Of a stretch of 64,000 nt of DNA, positions 53,496 through 64,000 are shown piece after piece. Made by a program: the position numbers and the translations under genes. The stretch is taken from positions 32,001 through 96,000 of the IMG/VR virus record IMGVR_UViG_2595698685_000001; one strand, written 5' to 3'. Position 1 is the first letter of the stretch; the number at the start of each line of letters is the position of its first letter. A model generated the notes under the pieces. It was not told the origin of the DNA. It made no database searches and was given only the letters and a program-made list of their open reading frames with translations. The DNA comes from a virus. Its lineage: Duplodnaviria > Caudoviricetes.

Positions 53496-56400
53496 TATAG
53501 TTTTCCTATTCTAACTCTGAGTCTGTTATTCTCGTCATAAATATCTATCCTCTCATTGGTTATGGTCATTCTACCCCCTGCCCCTGTACTATTCATCTGG
53601 ATTTGCCCTGTAGCAAAATTTATAGACGTACCGGTAGAGTTGTTAACAAAGTTATCAGACTCTAGAGTAGTAGATATCTTAGCCCTAGTAATAGCAGCAT
53701 CCTGAATCTTAGCATTAGTGATAGTACCATTAGCTATCTTAGCATTAGTAATAGCCGCATCCTGAATCTTGGCACTAGTAATAGACGCATCGATAATCTT
53801 AGCACTTGGTATAGTACCATTTACTATCATATCCCCATGAACCACCAATGCTGCGGCTGTCCAAGCTGCTCCATTCCAGTACCTTGTAAATGCTATGTTA
53901 GGAGCACCTGTTCTATATTGAGTTAATACATCACCAGCTACAGGCCCAGACCCGAAATTACTTATAAAGAAATTCCAAGCAATAGTAGTGTCAAAGTTTG
54001 CTAAGCCAGCTACTGCTTGAGTATATGTACCAACCCCTCTAGTACCCGCAGGCCCTGTTATAGAGTCCCCTTTAGCACCAGTCTCCCCAGTAAGTTTAAC
54101 TGGTACAGACCAAGCAGATAATAGAAAACCGGTATCCCCTGTTTTCGTGGCACTACTCATCCATACAACACCACTAGAAGGAGGTGAGTCAGTCCATCCA
54201 GGGGGATTCTGTCCTAGAGGCTGAGGAGGTCGGGTAGTAGAGGCTCTGAAGATAAATGATACATAAGTTCCTGCAGTACCGTTTGTACCGTCTTCCCCTA
54301 CTACTTTTGCAGCTGGACCCCAAGCTCCAGAAACTTGTTGTCTCATGTACTTATCCCCAGCAACATAAGTATCGTGCCAGTTATTAACTCCATTTACAGA
54401 CCATTGAACAAGAACACTGGTACCATCATTACCGTCGGTCCCATCTATACCCTTCATAGATAAATCTTCAAAGGATATATCAGTAACCCTAGAGTACCCA
54501 TTAGCAGTACCATGCGGCCCACTTCTCTGTATCCATGGTATTATATACGCGACACCATTAGGTATTGTAAGCGTACCTTGTATAACACCCCACCCAGGAG
54601 TAGGTGCCCTACCAGCTCCATCTGCGATAGCCCATGTGACGTGTTCTTTCTCAGCATTTAATAGCCTAGCACCTAGGTATACCGTCTGCTGTGATGCTTC
54701 TGTGTTGATCAGTGCTCTAACCTTATACTTTTCTCCAGCTACTACTGATACAATATTATTAGCCTCTAGGGTGTCCCTTTCATAGCAAGGCATGTACTTT
54801 GTAAAGCCTAAAGGTACAAGTGCAGAATCATCTTGTATAGGAGAACCATTCCAAGAACCTCGTGAACTGTTTTCAAAGTTAGTAGTGTATATTACATTGT
54901 ACCCTCTACCAGCTAAAGACTTAGAAATACTTAGTCTTTTGGTTATGGAACCATAAGTAGGATGGGTAGCAGTCAAATCAGAATACCCTTGAGTTACTCC
55001 TACCCCGGGAGCCATTGCAGTAGTGCTATACAGCCCTGCAGAGTTAATGCTAGTTGTTAAGTTAGATGGGTTAGACACTGAAAAGGTACACTGAGACGTT
55101 ATATCTGCTGTGCCAAAATATACCTTAAAATACCCTGTAGCCGAAGTATACACTTGTACGTAGCCGTCTGAGTTAGAATCTAAAACTACAGCTTCGTTAG
55201 TTAAGTACCCACTCATAACGTTAGAACCATCAGTAAGCAGTACTATAGTTATCTTATCAGACATCCCATCACATGTTGCAGTTACAGTAACCCAAGCAAA
55301 ACCCCCTTGGTTAGCTGAAGTAAGAGTAGCACCTGTATTACTAACAGATGTTAAAGCTACAGTAGCTCCCGTATTGGACACCGCTGACCAGGTAACGTTT
55401 GCAGTAGTACTCTGTCTAAGGGCTGTGAACACTATACTAGGGGCAGATTTAAGAGTACCGATACCCGTATATACAAAACTTTGAGCGGTAGAAGTAATAC
55501 TGAACCCTTTAGCAGCAGTACCTGCAATACCTTCCACACCTGCTATAGATTTAGAGATGCTAAAGATTTTCTCTACAGTACCATAAGTAGGATGAGATGC
55601 TCTAAGAGTAATACTACCTAAATTGGCTGACATTGCAGATATATTATATGTTCCGGAAGCACTACCTATTGCACCAGTAGCAGCGCTAGAAGCTACTAGT
55701 GAGAACGTACATGCGGAAGACACATCCCAAGTCCCATAAAATACCTTAAACTGTCCTGTAGCAGCAGAAAAACTAGAAACCACTCCAGTAGAACTTGCAG
55801 GTACAGACACGGACTCGTTAGTTAGGTACCCAGTCAGTGCGTTAGATCCGTCAATCAGTCTTACTATAGTTATAACATCGGATATTCCATCGCAAGTTGC
55901 AGTAACTGTAACAAACAAGGAAGCACCAAAGTTAGCTACAGATAGAGTAGCAGTATCTCCTGTTATACTTAAAGGTACTATAGCACTAGAGTTATTACGT
56001 GCAGTCCACGTTATAGTACCCGCGGCATTTGATCTATTACCTGTGAAGGTAATAGTACTAGCACTCTTAACTGCACCTTCCCCTGTGAAAGAGAAAGACT
56101 GAGCTGTACTACTAATACTGAAATTTTTAGCAGAAGTACCGTCAGCACCCCTTACTCCTGTCCACATAGAAGGATTACTCCAGACCTCTCCGTCTACTAG
56201 TTTGTTTGTTATAGGGTTTAAAAGACCTGTAGAAACGTATATAGACTGAAGGCTAGAAGTTCTCGCAGGAGGGGTAGTTGACCAACCTTCTGGAGGGTAA
56301 TCAGGACTAGCTGGTGGAGATGTAATAACAGGGGGAGCTAACCTATATATAAATACTGTCTGTTTACCTTGTAAACCAGTGCTAATATCTATATCCCCAC

Positions 56401-57802
56401 TAGGGGTTCCTATTACTGTATCCCCTGAAATCCTAAGAGTATCCCCATCATAGCGTATAAACTGAGTGGAGTTACCTAATTCGAACTTAGGCTTTAGGGT
56501 AGTATTATCCATACCCATCCAGATTCCTGAGTTATTATCACCCCAATTCTTTCCCTGACTAAATATTGCTGGGTTATCTTCTCCAGTAAGATTAGTAAGA
56601 ATAAAGTTAGCGGAGTATATACTCTTGGTTATAACGGAACCATCCACGTTAACAGTTCTACTTAGAGGGTCAAAAGATATTGGTGCTCTACCTTCGGAAT
56701 CCAGTGCCCCTAAGCTTACAGCACCAGTAGCAGCATCTATAAGGAAAGACTGTCTCCATATAGTTCCATCCTTAAAACTACCCTTTATATGTGCATAGTT
56801 AACTTCTATACCAGTTTCATTAGTAAAGCTTGAATCAAGTATAGTATCCTCAGTAAGGATGTACTCTACAGAAGGTGCCTCAGTTATAGCTTGAGTATCT
56901 GGCCCCCATGCTATAGAAGAGACTTTGAATTTGTATCGTCTGTTGAATGGGAACGAAGTTATAGTTGCTGCTCTAGCTGCACCCACGTTAATTACCTGAG
57001 CTTTTTCCCACCCACTTACTGCAAACTCATCGAACTCTACATAGTGGAGAGAGAACTCTCTTACATTGGCACCTATATCTTTTTCCCAATCCCACTCTAC
57101 CCTAACATCATAACGTTCTTTACCGTCTTGAATACGCGCAGCTTTAAATTGTATATTCTTTGGAGCACTAGGAGGTATGAAGTTATATAAAACTGTCAGT
57201 ACCTGTGGGAATTCAAATGGAGTGGATGCTTCTGTAGTAGATCCATCAGGAAGAGTTATAAACCCCACTATACGAACATTATACTCACCAATAGGAACAC
57301 CACTAAAGGTTATGGTAGGAGCTAGAGCACCTGTGTAATAACGTCTCCATGTTGATGCCCCTACTTCTTTAAACTCTAGAATGCAGTAATCAGCGTCACC
57401 AAGAGTACTAATACTGACTCTTGGTGGGCCTACCCCTACGTCTACAGACTCTGCTATAGATTGAACTGAGGTAATGGTAGGCATTTGTTTTGTTGTAAAA
57501 GAGGTGGCATCTGACAGGTTAATACCAATTTGGGCCTCTAAAAGTTCGGCATCAACCATGGCGTCAAAGAATGCTCCTCTTAAGGAATATTCAGTGCTAG
57601 AATTAAATCCTGATAGTGTTGCAAAGTTTATTGATGTATCTGTTATGTCTCTACGCTCAGAAGCTACTCCAGATCCGTACGTCCAGAAAGACCTACCAAC
57701 TACGTCATAGTCTCTGTATATACTATGTAGAACATAAAGTTTTGTGTAAGAAGGGGCTAGTGACTGAATCACTAGCTTTTCCGTAGCGTTATTTATTATC
57801 AT
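53495..57802 (-). CDS. pb4: central straight tail fibre, pb4-like, expanded to 1435 aa
   Basis: follows pb3; FNIII-like N-terminus, internal repeats, Gxx linkers, ITxAKI repeats. Confidence 0.8.
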   Translation of the reverse strand: MIINNATEKLVIQSLAPSYTKLYVLHSIYRDYDVVGRSFWTYGSGVASERRDITDTSINFATLSGFNSSTEYSLRGAFFDAMVDAELLEAQIGINLSDATSFTTKQMPTITSVQSIAESVDVGVGPPRVSISTLGDADYCILEFKEVGASTWRRYYTGALAPTITFSGVPIGEYNVRIVGFITLPDGSTTEASTPFEFPQVLTVLYNFIPPSAPKNIQFKAARIQDGKERYDVRVEWDWEKDIGANVREFSLHYVEFDEFAVSGWEKAQVINVGAARAATITSFPFNRRYKFKVSSIAWGPDTQAITEAPSVEYILTEDTILDSSFTNETGIEVNYAHIKGSFKDGTIWRQSFLIDAATGAVSLGALDSEGRAPISFDPLSRTVNVDGSVITKSIYSANFILTNLTGEDNPAIFSQGKNWGDNNSGIWMGMDNTTLKPKFELGNSTQFIRYDGDTLRISGDTVIGTPSGDIDISTGLQGKQTVFIYRLAPPVITSPPASPDYPPEGWSTTPPARTSSLQSIYVSTGLLNPITNKLVDGEVWSNPSMWTGVRGADGTSAKNFSISSTAQSFSFTGEGAVKSASTITFTGNRSNAAGTITWTARNNSSAIVPLSITGDTATLSVANFGASLFVTVTATCDGISDVITIVRLIDGSNALTGYLTNESVSVPASSTGVVSSFSAATGQFKVFYGTWDVSSACTFSLVASSAATGAIGSASGTYNISAMSANLGSITLRASHPTYGTVEKIFSISKSIAGVEGIAGTAAKGFSITSTAQSFVYTGIGTLKSAPSIVFTALRQSTTANVTWSAVSNTGATVALTSVSNTGATLTSANQGGFAWVTVTATCDGMSDKITIVLLTDGSNVMSGYLTNEAVVLDSNSDGYVQVYTSATGYFKVYFGTADITSQCTFSVSNPSNLTTSINSAGLYSTTAMAPGVGVTQGYSDLTATHPTYGSITKRLSISKSLAGRGYNVIYTTNFENSSRGSWNGSPIQDDSALVPLGFTKYMPCYERDTLEANNIVSVVAGEKYKVRALINTEASQQTVYLGARLLNAEKEHVTWAIADGAGRAPTPGWGVIQGTLTIPNGVAYIIPWIQRSGPHGTANGYSRVTDISFEDLSMKGIDGTDGNDGTSVLVQWSVNGVNNWHDTYVAGDKYMRQQVSGAWGPAAKVVGEDGTNGTAGTYVSFIFRASTTRPPQPLGQNPPGWTDSPPSSGVVWMSSATKTGDTGFLLSAWSVPVKLTGETGAKGDSITGPAGTRGVGTYTQAVAGLANFDTTIAWNFFISNFGSGPVAGDVLTQYRTGAPNIAFTRYWNGAAWTAAALVVHGDMIVNGTIPSAKIIDASITSAKIQDAAITNAKIANGTITNAKIQDAAITRAKISTTLESDNFVNNSTGTSINFATGQIQMNSTGAGGRMTITNERIDIYDENNRLRVRIGKL

Positions 57803-60624
57803 ATATCAGTCCATCCCACTGATTGCTCTCCTTTAGCACCCTCCGCTCGGATTCTAAAGTTGAGGCTTCTATTTATACCTAGAATCTGATTTTCAGCAAA
57901 ATAATCTTGCTTATTAAGGGGTAGGGTATATGTGTACCCTAAAGCGTTAACAAGTACTTCTCTAACCATAGTACCTAGAGCATATACTTGTATCCTATAT
58001 GATATATCAGGAGTGATACCAGCCTCTGGTATAGCATCCCACCTTAGAATAACGTCTGGGCCAAAAAATTCATCTGTACCTGCAACTCTATTCACGAGGA
58101 CAAAGTTACTGACCACGGATAAATTAGTAGCAGCGTTAAGAGTAAAGGATAAGGTAACAGGAGAACTTCTCTTACCTGTAACATCTACAGCTCTTACTTC
58201 CACTGTTACAATACCTTCAGGTTGTTCTTTTATAGGTAAACTCATCCTAGTATTAGGACTAGAATCTACAGCATTTACAGTAAAGCTATCTATAGAGTAG
58301 GAGGTTCTAACAGTATAGTGAGTAACACTATTTGTCAGACTTGGTAACCAAGTTATAGCACCATTTACTCCTGGGTCTGCTGAACCTACTATGGCAGGTT
58401 CATATACCACATCTCTAGGAGGTAGTATAGTGTTAGTCTCTATAGGTACTTGATCATCATTCTGTACTTGCTGGGAGTTAAGAAATACATCCCCACCATA
58501 TTCTTGCAGCGTAAGCTCTATAGAGCCATCTGATTTATTCTCAACCTCATCCACTAAAAAGTACTTATCAACCCAATTGTACCTTTCATATGTAAAAGCT
58601 ACAGCATCGTTAGGCTCTATTCCTATATACTTATATGGGATAGTGAATGTTAGAGTTCTACTGTACCTAGACTTTTTAAGCTCCCTAGCAGCAAAAGATC
58701 TTGCAGTGTAGTAGTTAGTTATAGAGTCAAACGATAACTGTAACTTTTTCTCAACGCCTAGATCTTGTTTAGTAAAGTTAGAGTCAAAGAAGGTTATAGC
58801 ATTAGCCTTCCATGCTAGAGCAGGGTCAGATATTGAAGCCTGCACACAGTTGTATTTGTTTCTGCCCGTAGTATCAGATAACTCAACATTACCATATGTA
58901 TCTAGAAAATGAATCTTCCTAGGGTTAGTATCCCATTTTTCTATAGTTATTCTATACTGGCCGGATATTGTGTTTATAGCACCACTAAAAGAACTTAGCA
59001 CACTCTGTACGTTTTTAAATACCGACTCTGCGCTGTCTATTATAGTATTAAGCTGTACTATCTGCCTGTTTTCCGCAGAAAGATCTTTCCACCCTGTGTA
59101 TCTCCAGTATGTATTCCAAGAACCCTCGTAACTAGTGTCTACTAAGTCTAATAAGGCAGCCTGCTCTATTAGATTAGGCATACTTAACATATCTAGAGGT
59201 AGACCTGCGCCATATCTGTAAGAAGTTAAGTAGTCTAGACTCTGCCAAATACCATTAAGAGAGGTGGAGTCATTTGATACAAGACCATTAGGGCCGTATA
59301 CATTGATCATTTTGCCGGAGACATCAGCGTTAATAGAAGGAATGTCTGTGCGGTCTTCAGTTATAGTAAATCTAGCTACTACATATGCGGTATCAAGCAG
59401 TTGGAATCTACTATCCCAGTACTCCGGGCCCTCTCCATTACTATTCTGTAAGAAAAATCCACCAGATGCAGCTAGATCTACAAGTACCTGTGCAGCAGAC
59501 TGATCTTCTTTACCATGAAAAGTCCAGAACCTGATATCCCCATTACCATCATTGTATCTGTATTCCTGTCCATGTACGCTCGGGGAGGAAGTAGTTGTTC
59601 CAGAAGCCAATCTATGCATTGTGTCACCAACAACACGTTTCCTACCGAAACATGTACGTTCTTTAGAGTCAGCATCATCATAGCAGATTATAGGAGCATC
59701 TCCTACCTGTATATCCAGAAAGCCCTCTATCTCTCCTTCACAGAACGCGTACACAACGTATACTATATTTGGGTTATTTAATTCCGTATCCGCAAATACT
59801 GGTATACCAGGTATATTTTGTACCCCGTATACTACAGGTAAGAATTTAGCGGCTAAGTTAAAGTCTATATCCACTGTTTTAGTAACAGTTTCGTAGTATT
59901 CTTCCATAGAGAAGCTAGAGGACAAACCAAATAGCTTCTTCTTAGATTTAAGTCTGTATCTTAATTCTTGTACTTGATACTTAGCTAAGATGTTGACAGA
60001 TTTATTAGCATGATAAAAGCCTAAATCGTTTTTGTATTCGTTGCGTTTAACAGCATCAGAAGGCACCAGAACTCCGTTAACTACTTCTAGGGCTCTATGG
60101 GAAGAGTCATCAGTAAATCTACCGTTAACTCTATCAAAGTCATAAAATTGGTTAGAGCATGACCATGTAATAGTTGTTGTGCCAGCACCTGTTGTTGCTG
60201 TGTCGTCTTTTATACTTGCGCTAGTAACTTTACCAGAGAAGTAAAGGAATGGTTCATTATCTTCAGTGAAAGGAACAATTTCCCCGTTAGCATCTATAAC
60301 TGCCTGATATATTCTAACAGTTCTTTCTAGAAAAGATACGCCATCTTTAACGACTTTTATTACTTCAACATCGTCTGTACCAGTAACAGTAAATGTCATG
60401 GTACCAATAGTAAGGTTTCTATTCTGTTTATGAGTTCCTAGGGTTTTAACTTTACCTGTCTGGAATAACATTCCCTTGAACTCTATGTTTTTATAGTAGT
60501 TAGTTAGGTAAGCATACTCAGTCTGGCTGCTGGAAGACGGCAGTTCTAAGACTATTAAGTATGCCATGTCTATTCTACTAGTGGTATCTAAATAGTTTAT
60601 AGCACTGTCTAGTATCTTCTTCAT
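57799..60624 (-). CDS. pb3: baseplate hub protein, pb3-like
   Basis: 941 aa, LPVVYG...YAFCEGEI motif; synteny. Confidence 0.88.
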   Translation of the reverse strand: MKKILDSAINYLDTTSRIDMAYLIVLELPSSSSQTEYAYLTNYYKNIEFKGMLFQTGKVKTLGTHKQNRNLTIGTMTFTVTGTDDVEVIKVVKDGVSFLERTVRIYQAVIDANGEIVPFTEDNEPFLYFSGKVTSASIKDDTATTGAGTTTITWSCSNQFYDFDRVNGRFTDDSSHRALEVVNGVLVPSDAVKRNEYKNDLGFYHANKSVNILAKYQVQELRYRLKSKKKLFGLSSSFSMEEYYETVTKTVDIDFNLAAKFLPVVYGVQNIPGIPVFADTELNNPNIVYVVYAFCEGEIEGFLDIQVGDAPIICYDDADSKERTCFGRKRVVGDTMHRLASGTTTSSPSVHGQEYRYNDGNGDIRFWTFHGKEDQSAAQVLVDLAASGGFFLQNSNGEGPEYWDSRFQLLDTAYVVARFTITEDRTDIPSINADVSGKMINVYGPNGLVSNDSTSLNGIWQSLDYLTSYRYGAGLPLDMLSMPNLIEQAALLDLVDTSYEGSWNTYWRYTGWKDLSAENRQIVQLNTIIDSAESVFKNVQSVLSSFSGAINTISGQYRITIEKWDTNPRKIHFLDTYGNVELSDTTGRNKYNCVQASISDPALAWKANAITFFDSNFTKQDLGVEKKLQLSFDSITNYYTARSFAARELKKSRYSRTLTFTIPYKYIGIEPNDAVAFTYERYNWVDKYFLVDEVENKSDGSIELTLQEYGGDVFLNSQQVQNDDQVPIETNTILPPRDVVYEPAIVGSADPGVNGAITWLPSLTNSVTHYTVRTSYSIDSFTVNAVDSSPNTRMSLPIKEQPEGIVTVEVRAVDVTGKRSSPVTLSFTLNAATNLSVVSNFVLVNRVAGTDEFFGPDVILRWDAIPEAGITPDISYRIQVYALGTMVREVLVNALGYTYTLPLNKQDYFAENQILGINRSLNFRIRAEGAKGEQSVGWTDI

Positions 60625-61244
60625 TATGAAATATGCTCTCTAAGCTGTAGGCTGAGACCTGTGTATACTCCATCGTGTGAAAGGCTCTCTCTAAAGGAAT
60701 CACCATTCATTAACTTAGTGGTAAAAACAATACCAGTAAATACAGGTTTTTCAGCACCAGTCGTAGTTTTAAAGATGTCGGGATAAAGTCCTAATGTCCA
60801 TTGGGTGCTAGAAGTTTTAGTGAAGGAGGTTATCTTGTATACCTTCGTGTGATTACTGAACTTAAATAGATCACCTACTTTAGGCTCCCCTTCTAAGCTG
60901 CCTACATTCCCCATAACTAACTTATTACCTTTTTGCCCAGAGGCTATAGTAACTGCAGACGTAGTACCTCGTACTCTAAAGCTTTCGTATTGTGGGAGAA
61001 CCACTTCTAGTGTAGTTCTCTGTGATTTATACCCTAATAAAGTACTAGAGAGTATAGCATATTCATCCGGAAACATATCAGGATACTGTATATCAATGCC
61101 CCAATACTGAGCTGAATTTTTAACCTCGGAAACCTTCCCATTAGGTAGCTCATCTCTGAGTACAGGGTCGTTGTCTATTAATGCAACACTATCAAATCCC
61201 AAACCTTCGTAGCCTGGGTGTGTAAATGGATCAGGTAATCTCAT
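60624..61244 (-). CDS. pb9: distal tail protein, pb9-like
   Basis: MRLPDP start, GDLFKFSNHTKVYKI; synteny. Confidence 0.88.
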   Translation of the reverse strand: MRLPDPFTHPGYEGLGFDSVALIDNDPVLRDELPNGKVSEVKNSAQYWGIDIQYPDMFPDEYAILSSTLLGYKSQRTTLEVVLPQYESFRVRGTTSAVTIASGQKGNKLVMGNVGSLEGEPKVGDLFKFSNHTKVYKITSFTKTSSTQWTLGLYPDIFKTTTGAEKPVFTGIVFTTKLMNGDSFRESLSHDGVYTGLSLQLREHIS

Positions 61245-61267
61245 GAGTCCTCCTGTATTTAAGAATA

Positions 61268-61296
61268 ATTATAGCATCAAATAAAAAAATTTACAA
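61268..61296 (-). promoter_or_regulatory. promoter upstream of pb9
   Basis: TTGTAA-17-TATAAT. Confidence 0.65.
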
Positions 61297-61318
61297 CATA
61301 ATTTTTTTATTTATATAA

Positions 61319-61346
61319 GAAAAAAGGAGACACTAGGTCTCCTTTT
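61319..61346 (-). terminator. intrinsic terminator after the tape measure gene
   Basis: AAAAGGAGAC/GTCTCCTTTT plus T tract. Confidence 0.75.
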
Positions 61347-61351
61347 GTGTA

Positions 61352-64000
61352 TTACTGACTGAGTCTACGTAGAGAAGCACCGTTTTCATTTAGTGCGTAT
61401 TCTACAGCGTCTCTTAGTGCTCCGGAGTTACCTAGGGCAAAATCACGGAAACTTGCAGCGTCCATAGTGGATACGTAAAGATTTATACCTCCTGCGGAAC
61501 TACCTGAGTTACCAGATGCAACCTCTTCAGCTGGTGTAACCTTCATAGGTACCATAGGAGTACCAACTTCCATGCCATTCTCACCAAAGGCATAGTTAAC
61601 TCCTGGGTATATATTACCCCCTTCTGCTCTTGGAATGAAAGTACTAGCGTTACCTACCCCTTTCTCTCCTCGTACATAGGACAGTTCGCCTCTATTAGCA
61701 GACATAGATACATCAACGTTCTTTTGTCTTTCTCCTAGAGACAAAGATGCCGTTGTTCCTGCTCCACTATCCACGGATGACATACTAGAGGCATTACTAG
61801 CCTGTGATAGAGATAGGGCCCCCGCTAATCCTGCCGCAACCATTAGAGGAATGGACCATGGGTAAGGTATAGAAGTAGCTGCCTGCATAACTGCTACTGC
61901 AGTTTGTATGATGATTTGCTTCTTAGCTGCCGCTTGCTGTATCTTAACCTTTTCTGCTTCCAATTTCTTAATCTTAGCTTTGGATTCCTCAGACTTACCA
62001 TCTCTCTTCTGTTCAGCAGAGATAGCTGCGTCTATCGCAGATATCTGGTTACTAGTGGAGAACTGTATCATAGTAGATACAGACTGCATACCCGCTGCAA
62101 CCATAGATGTCATATCTAGGCTACCTTGTGAGAACTGCATAACGGAGTTGGTAAGATTACCTAAACTCTGGCCTACTGCTGTAGCCTCAGAATTAAGTTC
62201 AGACATTTTAGCAATAGCCTGATCATAGGAAGCTAGCTTGTTCTGCATGTCTGCAGTAGCCTTATCATCCCCCATAAGACCTGTAGTTGGAGTATATACT
62301 GCTCCTACAGAAGATCCCACACTTGCCTGCATTTGCTTATTTCTCTGGATCGCCAGTTGATTTTGAGCTGCTATAGTGTCCTGAATCTTAAGGTTAAGTT
62401 CTGCCTGAGCTTGTGCATTGCCACGTACTTCAGCCTTTCTCTTATTGTAAAAGTCTAGCTGTTCCTGTAGGTTAGCAGACTGTCCTACACTATCTAGGCT
62501 AGTTTGTCCTCTAGATAATGCAGCTTCTTGAGCCTGAGTGGTAACATCCTGCATATTCTGACGTTCTTTCCATAGGTCCCTCTCTAACTGTACCGCTTTT
62601 TGTCTAGATTGTTCTGCTTCTACATGTTTTTTTGCCTGTTTAGAGTACCATGCATACTTTTCCTTTTCAATAGCTAATTCAGTTTGTATTTGGGCAATGG
62701 TATATTGTTGATCCGTCATAGTTCTATTTCTAAGTAGAGCCATACGTTGCTCTACACCTATGATTTTATCAGATCTGTCTTTTACTTTCTCATCTGCCTT
62801 CATACCTTCATTCTTAACTTTTAGCTTCTTGGTTTCTAAAGCATAAAGAGTTTGTTGTATGCCTACGTTCTGCTTATCTATTTCTAGAATGCCTTTTAAA
62901 GCAGTTATATTTTCCTCTAGCTGCTTAGCTTCTAGTGCTCTACCTGCCTCTTCGGCTTTGCTCTTACTACCTGTCTTAGCATATACAGCAGCAATTTCTT
63001 TCTGAACGTTTAGCTCATTCTCTTTCTCTTTAGCAGCTACAGTAGAATAATCCTTATAGACTCTTGCAGCTTTTTCTAATTGGTCTAGGCTAGATACACC
63101 AATATTAAGAGATTTAGCTATTCTATCAGCGTCTGTAGCTACACCTAAAGACAGGGACTTTACTAGGAGTAGGGTAGAGTTAAGAGCGGCAGAAGCTTTA
63201 GCAGCAGTGTTTGTATTAGAGCCTACGTTAGCCATATCATTACTGATATCTCCTGAGGTGGCTTGTACCTGTTTCAAAGCTTTAGCCTGCTCTGCGTATC
63301 CTTCTATAGCCTTCTGGTTACTAGCCGCTATTCCTCCTGCCTCCCAACCTTCAGGCATTGCTAAATTAAGGCTCTTAGCTAGCTGAGGGTTAGTCTTAAT
63401 TATCTCAGAAGTAACCCTGTTATACTCAGCAGACCATGTTGTTACACTTTCCTTGCCTTCGTCAATCTCCTGATTTAAACGTTTCCACTGGTTTCCTAGA
63501 GCAGCTGTTTCTTCTAGATACTTGTTGGAGCCTAAGTTCTTAGCTAAGAAACCTCCTGCACCATCTGCACCTTGTAGACCTTCTACTAATTGTCTAGAGT
63601 ACCAGTTAAGACCTTTCATCCTCTCATTATACTCTTTCATTACTACTTCCCTACGCTTTATAGAGTCCTTTTCTAGCTTTTCAGCCTTATCTAGACTATC
63701 CTTAGTAGCTTGTAATGCTTGGGCCTGAGTCTCTGGAGATCCACTACCAATCATGATATTATTAGTAAGCTTTTGAGACCCTGCTGCAGCTATACTTTGA
63801 GCAGCTTGAGTGGTATTAATGAAGGTGTTAAAAGTGTCTATCATAGGCTCTAAATACGTTGCAAAAGTTGTTTGCATAGAACGTATTGCTGAGTTAGCGT
63901 TAGCTCCGAAAGTCTCCCAAGGAGTGGCTTTCAATATAGAGTCTAAATAACCAAATCTACGAGTAGATTCTGCTACAACAGCATTAGCATACGCCTGCTG
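61352..64000 (-). CDS. pb2: tape measure protein, pb2-like, 5' part outside the window
   Basis: frame open to the window edge; long coiled coil with a hydrophobic segment near the C-terminus; upstream of pb9. Confidence 0.9.
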   Translation of the reverse strand, partial: QQAYANAVVAESTRRFGYLDSILKATPWETFGANANSAIRSMQTTFATYLEPMIDTFNTFINTTQAAQSIAAAGSQKLTNNIMIGSGSPETQAQALQATKDSLDKAEKLEKDSIKRREVVMKEYNERMKGLNWYSRQLVEGLQGADGAGGFLAKNLGSNKYLEETAALGNQWKRLNQEIDEGKESVTTWSAEYNRVTSEIIKTNPQLAKSLNLAMPEGWEAGGIAASNQKAIEGYAEQAKALKQVQATSGDISNDMANVGSNTNTAAKASAALNSTLLLVKSLSLGVATDADRIAKSLNIGVSSLDQLEKAARVYKDYSTVAAKEKENELNVQKEIAAVYAKTGSKSKAEEAGRALEAKQLEENITALKGILEIDKQNVGIQQTLYALETKKLKVKNEGMKADEKVKDRSDKIIGVEQRMALLRNRTMTDQQYTIAQIQTELAIEKEKYAWYSKQAKKHVEAEQSRQKAVQLERDLWKERQNMQDVTTQAQEAALSRGQTSLDSVGQSANLQEQLDFYNKRKAEVRGNAQAQAELNLKIQDTIAAQNQLAIQRNKQMQASVGSSVGAVYTPTTGLMGDDKATADMQNKLASYDQAIAKMSELNSEATAVGQSLGNLTNSVMQFSQGSLDMTSMVAAGMQSVSTMIQFSTSNQISAIDAAISAEQKRDGKSEESKAKIKKLEAEKVKIQQAAAKKQIIIQTAVAVMQAATSIPYPWSIPLMVAAGLAGALSLSQASNASSMSSVDSGAGTTASLSLGERQKNVDVSMSANRGELSYVRGEKGVGNASTFIPRAEGGNIYPGVNYAFGENGMEVGTPMVPMKVTPAEEVASGNSGSSAGGINLYVSTMDAASFRDFALGNSGALRDAVEYALNENGASLRRLSQ

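Overview
A 64-kb segment of a T5-like lytic siphophage (Demerecviridae-type gene order). Minus strand 1-21.2 kb: a tRNA cluster (19 conventional tRNAs plus about 5 aberrant tRNA-like genes) interleaved with small ORFs and many stem-closed structured non-coding segments, then a SleB hydrolase, DEDDh exonuclease, RNase H, ThyA, DHFR, NrdBA and PhoH. Plus strand 21.5-47.9 kb: NrdD, Sir2, origin-binding helicase, D2/D3/D5, split NAD ligase, helicase, primase, family A polymerase, D10-D15 and dUTPase. Minus strand 48-64 kb: tail module (L-fibre, p132, pb4, pb3, pb9, partial pb2) with a 463/462-bp tandem duplication. Best candidate for an undescribed system: a 212-aa helical protein gene (10922-11560) followed by a ~357-nt RNA closed by a 22-bp stem, containing an H-type pseudoknot and 12 phased 7-nt units (AAAG-NNN). 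Also notable: large ornate RNAs in the tRNA cluster, tRNA mimics with Ala or Gly identity elements, and a ~430-nt structured leader before the origin-binding protein. All calls were made by eye, with no database searches or folding computations.
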